A DNA stretch of 64,000 bases, taken from the NCBI GenBank assembly GCA_963806535.1, contig CAWDYC010000008.1, positions 128,001 through 192,000 of the forward strand, in the 5' to 3' direction. The notes below the pieces were generated by a model. The model did no database searches and was not told the origin of the DNA. It saw only the letters and a list, made by a program, of their open reading frames with translations. Source of the stretch: Candidatus Bathyarchaeota archaeon. Lineage in GTDB: Archaea; Thermoproteota; Bathyarchaeia; Bathyarchaeales; Bathycorpusculaceae. Numbering within the stretch: position 1 is the first letter of the stretch; each line of letters starts with the position of its first letter. This document shows positions 60,660-64,000 of the stretch, piece after piece. The position numbers and the translations under genes are program-made.

Positions 60660-60872
60660 TTTGCTGACCTCCACGTTTTGTACGTGTCCGTTGTCCGGAT
60701 GCGCCTTTATAGGAATAACGGATTGAACTGATGAAACACTAAAATCTTCGAAAAGTTCTGCGCTTCATTGAAAGCATAGAAACGCAAAAAAAACACGCAA
60801 CTTTCTACCAAACTTCTTTTCCTTTTTTGTTGATTCTAAAATCTTTTAAGCAAAGTTAACTATACAACAATC

Positions 60873-61094
60873 ATGGACAAAGAAAAACATTTTATGTTTC
60901 ACACCACAAAAACAAGAGTAACTTTAGTTATCATGGGATTAATGTTTTTCTCATTCTTAACATATCTCTTTCTAATTAAAATTATAGATAATACCGCTTG
61001 GTCTGGGTTAATAGCTCTTGACCTCTTTCTTGTTATATTAACAACTGCAATAATAGATCGAAGGAAAAGCAGAACCTGTCTTGAAAAGTTCTAA
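60873..61094 (+). CDS. small 2-TM protein
   Basis: 73-aa hydrophobic ORF. Confidence 0.55.
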   Translation: MDKEKHFMFHTTKTRVTLVIMGLMFFSFLTYLFLIKIIDNTAWSGLIALDLFLVILTTAIIDRRKSRTCLEKF

Positions 61095-61100
61095 AATCTG

Positions 61101-62438
61101 TTAAATAAGGTTAAAACAGATAACAGACAAAGTGATAATATTCATCCAGCGTTTGTGTTTGTGTTTCTTGAAGTAAACTAACAAGCCAACAACCACAATC
61201 ACCAATGCAACAGCGAGAAAAATCCAAACAGCTTCAACTTGAATTAATTGAGCAGTCGATAACTCGCCTATTGCGTAGAAAGTGCCGTTGTAACTGAAAT
61301 ATTCTATGCCGTTTGCGATTGCAGGTGAACAGCGCATGTCACTTCTGGTGGTAACGACACTCCACATGTTGCTTCCTGTTGAAGCATTAAGAGCGTCAGA
61401 GTTTATGTAAACAATTCCGTTAGAGACTGCAGCCGAAGAATAAACAATGAAGAAGTCTTGAATATTCCAAATCTGGGTGCCGGTGGAAGCGTTAAGTGCG
61501 TATAACCCGCCACCTTCTGAACCTATGTATACGACTCCGTCAGCTACTGCCGGAGAGGCTTCGATGCCTTCATTTTTGGTAATTTTGAAGGCGGTAAAGC
61601 TCCAGATTTTTTCTCCTGTAGTTGCGTTTAGGGCATAAACGTTGCCCTCTCCTGAACCAATATAGAGTATGCCCTCACTAATGGCGGGAGACGAAGTAAA
61701 GGGAAATGCATTTTTGAAGTTCCATATTTTGGAGCCTGATGATGCGTTCAAAGCATATACGTTTGGTTCTTCGGAGCCGTAGGTGCCAATGTAAACTATT
61801 CCATTGGTTACGGCTGGAGATGAGTCAATAGGTCCCCCAGTTGTGTAATTCCATATTTCGGTGCCAGTTTTTGCGTTGAGAGCATAAACATTGTCATCTT
61901 CTGAACCAACGTAAACTATGTCGTTGACAACAGCAGGCGAAGAAGCTATTCTGCCGCCAGTTGCAAAGCTCCATACCTTAGCACCTGATAAAGCATTTAA
62001 ACAATAAATCTCATTTTCTACTCCGATGAAAACCCTATTTCCAGAAACAGCAGGAGATGAGTATACAGGGCCTTGAGTTGGAAAGTTCCATATTTTTGCA
62101 CCTGTATAAGCATTGAAAGCGAATACGTTGGCTCCAATACTCCCTACTTTGTTATTCCAATTGGAACCAACATAAACTATGCCGTTAACTACAGTGGGTG
62201 AAGACTCAATGAAGAACTCCGTAGAACCGCCCTCCATATAGGTCCAAAGCTTATCTCCTTTCGTAGGTCCTGTTGTTGTTGCAACTCCCAAGTGTACAGA
62301 ATCATGACGAAACATAGGCCAATCATCATTTGAAGTAGTGGCTTGAGCATTTGCAAGTTTAACCATAATTATGCTCGAGAAGACTAAAATGAGAATAAGA
62401 AACATCGAAAAGCTCTTGCTCTTACAAGTCATAGTCAA
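61101..62438 (-). CDS. PQQ-like (BamB-type) beta-propeller surface protein
   Basis: Signal peptide, WPMF, repeated SSPAV..G.VY.GS..VYALNA.TG..IW, C-terminal TM LLVYFKKHK. Confidence 0.92.
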   Translation of the reverse strand: MTMTCKSKSFSMFLILILVFSSIIMVKLANAQATTSNDDWPMFRHDSVHLGVATTTGPTKGDKLWTYMEGGSTEFFIESSPTVVNGIVYVGSNWNNKVGSIGANVFAFNAYTGAKIWNFPTQGPVYSSPAVSGNRVFIGVENEIYCLNALSGAKVWSFATGGRIASSPAVVNDIVYVGSEDDNVYALNAKTGTEIWNYTTGGPIDSSPAVTNGIVYIGTYGSEEPNVYALNASSGSKIWNFKNAFPFTSSPAISEGILYIGSGEGNVYALNATTGEKIWSFTAFKITKNEGIEASPAVADGVVYIGSEGGGLYALNASTGTQIWNIQDFFIVYSSAAVSNGIVYINSDALNASTGSNMWSVVTTRSDMRCSPAIANGIEYFSYNGTFYAIGELSTAQLIQVEAVWIFLAVALVIVVVGLLVYFKKHKHKRWMNIITLSVICFNLI

Positions 62439-62510
62439 GTTAAAGCAAAGTTTGCGTTAAAAGGTTTCTCGTAAAGCTCTCTTGACTGGAGTTAGTCAAG
62501 GTTTTCTTGA

Positions 62511-62723
62511 CTATTGGCTCTTGTGTTTTTTGAAGTAAACCAACAAACCAGCCGCTACCAGCATGGTAAGCATTAAGGGAATTGTCAACACTTGAAACTC
62601 TGGAACGGTTAGAGTTGAAGTTGGGGACCCAGACACTGTTGTAAAAATGATAGTGTCAGACCAGCCAGATAGTACGGTTATCGGCTCTAATTGTGGATAG
62701 TTTATTGCACTTACCTTGTACAC
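62511..62723 (-). pseudogene. C-terminal remnant of a PEF-anchored surface protein
   Basis: SGWSDT...PTSTLTVPEF-TM-LLVYFKKHK with no ectodomain or signal peptide. Confidence 0.6.
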
Positions 62724-62835
62724 TGTAACATTTGCATAAGCTCGTATGCTGTGAATGGGCTCATTTTAGTCTTATTTTGATATTTGCTTTACGTTTTATC
62801 GTTGGATTAGTCCTGTTTACAACGCATGTTACATC

Positions 62836-62889
62836 GACCTCCACGATACCTACGCGGAGGTCCCGGGCTCAAATTCAGCTCTTCCACCA
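62836..62889 (+). repeat. att-like partial tRNA-Ala duplication with dyad symmetry
   Basis: GACCTCCACG-ATACCTA-CGCGGAGGTC followed by CCGGGCTCAAATTCAGCTCTTCCACCA. Confidence 0.75.
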
Positions 62890-62975
62890 GTTTATCTCCA
62901 ATTGAACCGCAAGCTTAAGTCATAACAAACCTTATGAATTAGCACAAGCAAAAAGAATCTGCGGGGACTCGATGT

Positions 62976-63506
62976 TTGTCAAGTTCTGAAAAGCAATTGG
63001 GAATCATTAGAGACATTATTTTACCGCTTGATATTAACACAAGGTATGATGTTTATTTTACAGACGAGCGTGTTGCAATAGTTTGTATGGGCAAGGCAAA
63101 CCGTTTCGAATCCGAGAAGTTAACGCAAGTTTCCTCAATTCCCTCGGCATTTGGAGTGCCTCCAGTCACATCATCGTACATAGAAAAAACAGAAAACATA
63201 CAGGATTTTGACCAAGAAATAAGAAACTTGTCCATAGACGACCTTTTAAAGCTCAGCAAGAAAAGCTGTTTTTACAGTTACGATGAAATTGAAGAGGTTA
63301 AATTGATTTTAGGACCAAAACCTAAGTTCATCATATTGAGCAAAGAATGTGAATCCAAGTTTTTTCCCGATGAGGAGCAGTTTAAGCAACTGAGCCAGAT
63401 ATTGCGTTCAATAGAAACACTAAGAAATAAATTCTCGATTGCTGGAAGCTGGAACATACTACAGGAAATATTCAAAGCTGCTTTCTCAGACAATATGGTA
63501 CCTTGA
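62976..63506 (+). CDS. hypothetical protein
   Basis: 176-aa ORF; YDVYFTDERVAIV suggests a PH-like fold. Confidence 0.7.
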   Translation: MSSSEKQLGIIRDIILPLDINTRYDVYFTDERVAIVCMGKANRFESEKLTQVSSIPSAFGVPPVTSSYIEKTENIQDFDQEIRNLSIDDLLKLSKKSCFYSYDEIEEVKLILGPKPKFIILSKECESKFFPDEEQFKQLSQILRSIETLRNKFSIAGSWNILQEIFKAAFSDNMVP

Positions 63507-63900
63507 CGCTTAAACAATAAGGCTACAGAATAGCGCTTGAAATAGAAGCACGACCATGACTGATTACTAAAAAAAGTCACAGGTAAAGAATATTTTAGGC
63601 TATTCTTCCCAATTTAGATGCTTTATGTTTTACTTACACAGTCTACTAGATGTGCTGTTCCATCTGGGCAATAGACTTTTTCACCCAAACTTACTTTGCG
63701 GTATCGTTGGATGCATGTCTTAATTTGTTCGCATCCATCGCAATCGCGTGAAATCATTTTTCTAAAATTCACCCCTCTTCCTTCGCGATCCTTCTATACA
63801 ACGTCATGACCGGATTTAAGTTATTTTACATCTTAGGGCTTGGTTGTGGCGTAAGTTTTAAGTTGTGCAAAACAGTTCTGCCTTGAGGAAAAGCAAAGAA

Positions 63901-64000
63901 ATGGATTCAATCGCTGTAGCTAATATTGTTTTGAGCGTTGCTAGCGTAGTAAATTTTACCGCATTGCTCCTGATGCTAAGAGCTGTGATTAAGAACAGAA
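63901..64000 (+). CDS. membrane protein, N-terminal part (runs off window)
   Basis: ATG at 63901, MDSIAVANIVLSVASVVNFTALLLML... Confidence 0.5.
   Translation, partial: MDSIAVANIVLSVASVVNFTALLLMLRAVIKNR

Larger units (their letters stand above)
60511..62889. mobile_element. small decayed island integrated at tRNA-Ala
   Basis: Degenerate direct repeat of the tRNA 3' half at 62853-62889; no integrase gene inside. Confidence 0.7.

Overview
Archaeal chromosomal window, most likely Bathyarchaeia (TACK). This is inferred from fibrillarin/Nop5, the aP1 stalk protein, archaeal TpiA, an intron-containing tRNA and surface proteins ending in PEF/LLVYFKK-type anchors. It is mostly housekeeping and metabolic genes (lig, trxA, a NikR-controlled nickel-uptake operon, nadA, galT/glycogen debranching/tpiA, rnhB, pyrB, mdh, ABC transporters, ino1), plus a PAS histidine-kinase cluster, two tRNAs and small accessory islands. 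Most notable: (1) a dispersed non-coding element in 4 copies, a conserved ~67-bp T/G-rich leader followed immediately by a locus-specific array of 10-bp repeats, located at edges of accessory DNA; (2) a winged-HTH + ATP-cone + class III ribonucleotide-reductase-like protein lacking both the glycyl-radical Gly and the finger-loop Cys, a candidate pseudo-enzyme nucleotide-sensing regulator; (3) a 3-gene cassette (2TM + PLD-like domain, PGI/PMI, divergent DUF89/ARMT1); (4) tRNA-Trp with two BHB introns around a 6-nt micro-exon and an embedded C/D guide; (5) a small tRNA-Ala island with a symmetric att-like site. Several genes carry single-base insertions that look like sequencing errors. All calls come from reading motifs by eye; no database searches were run.
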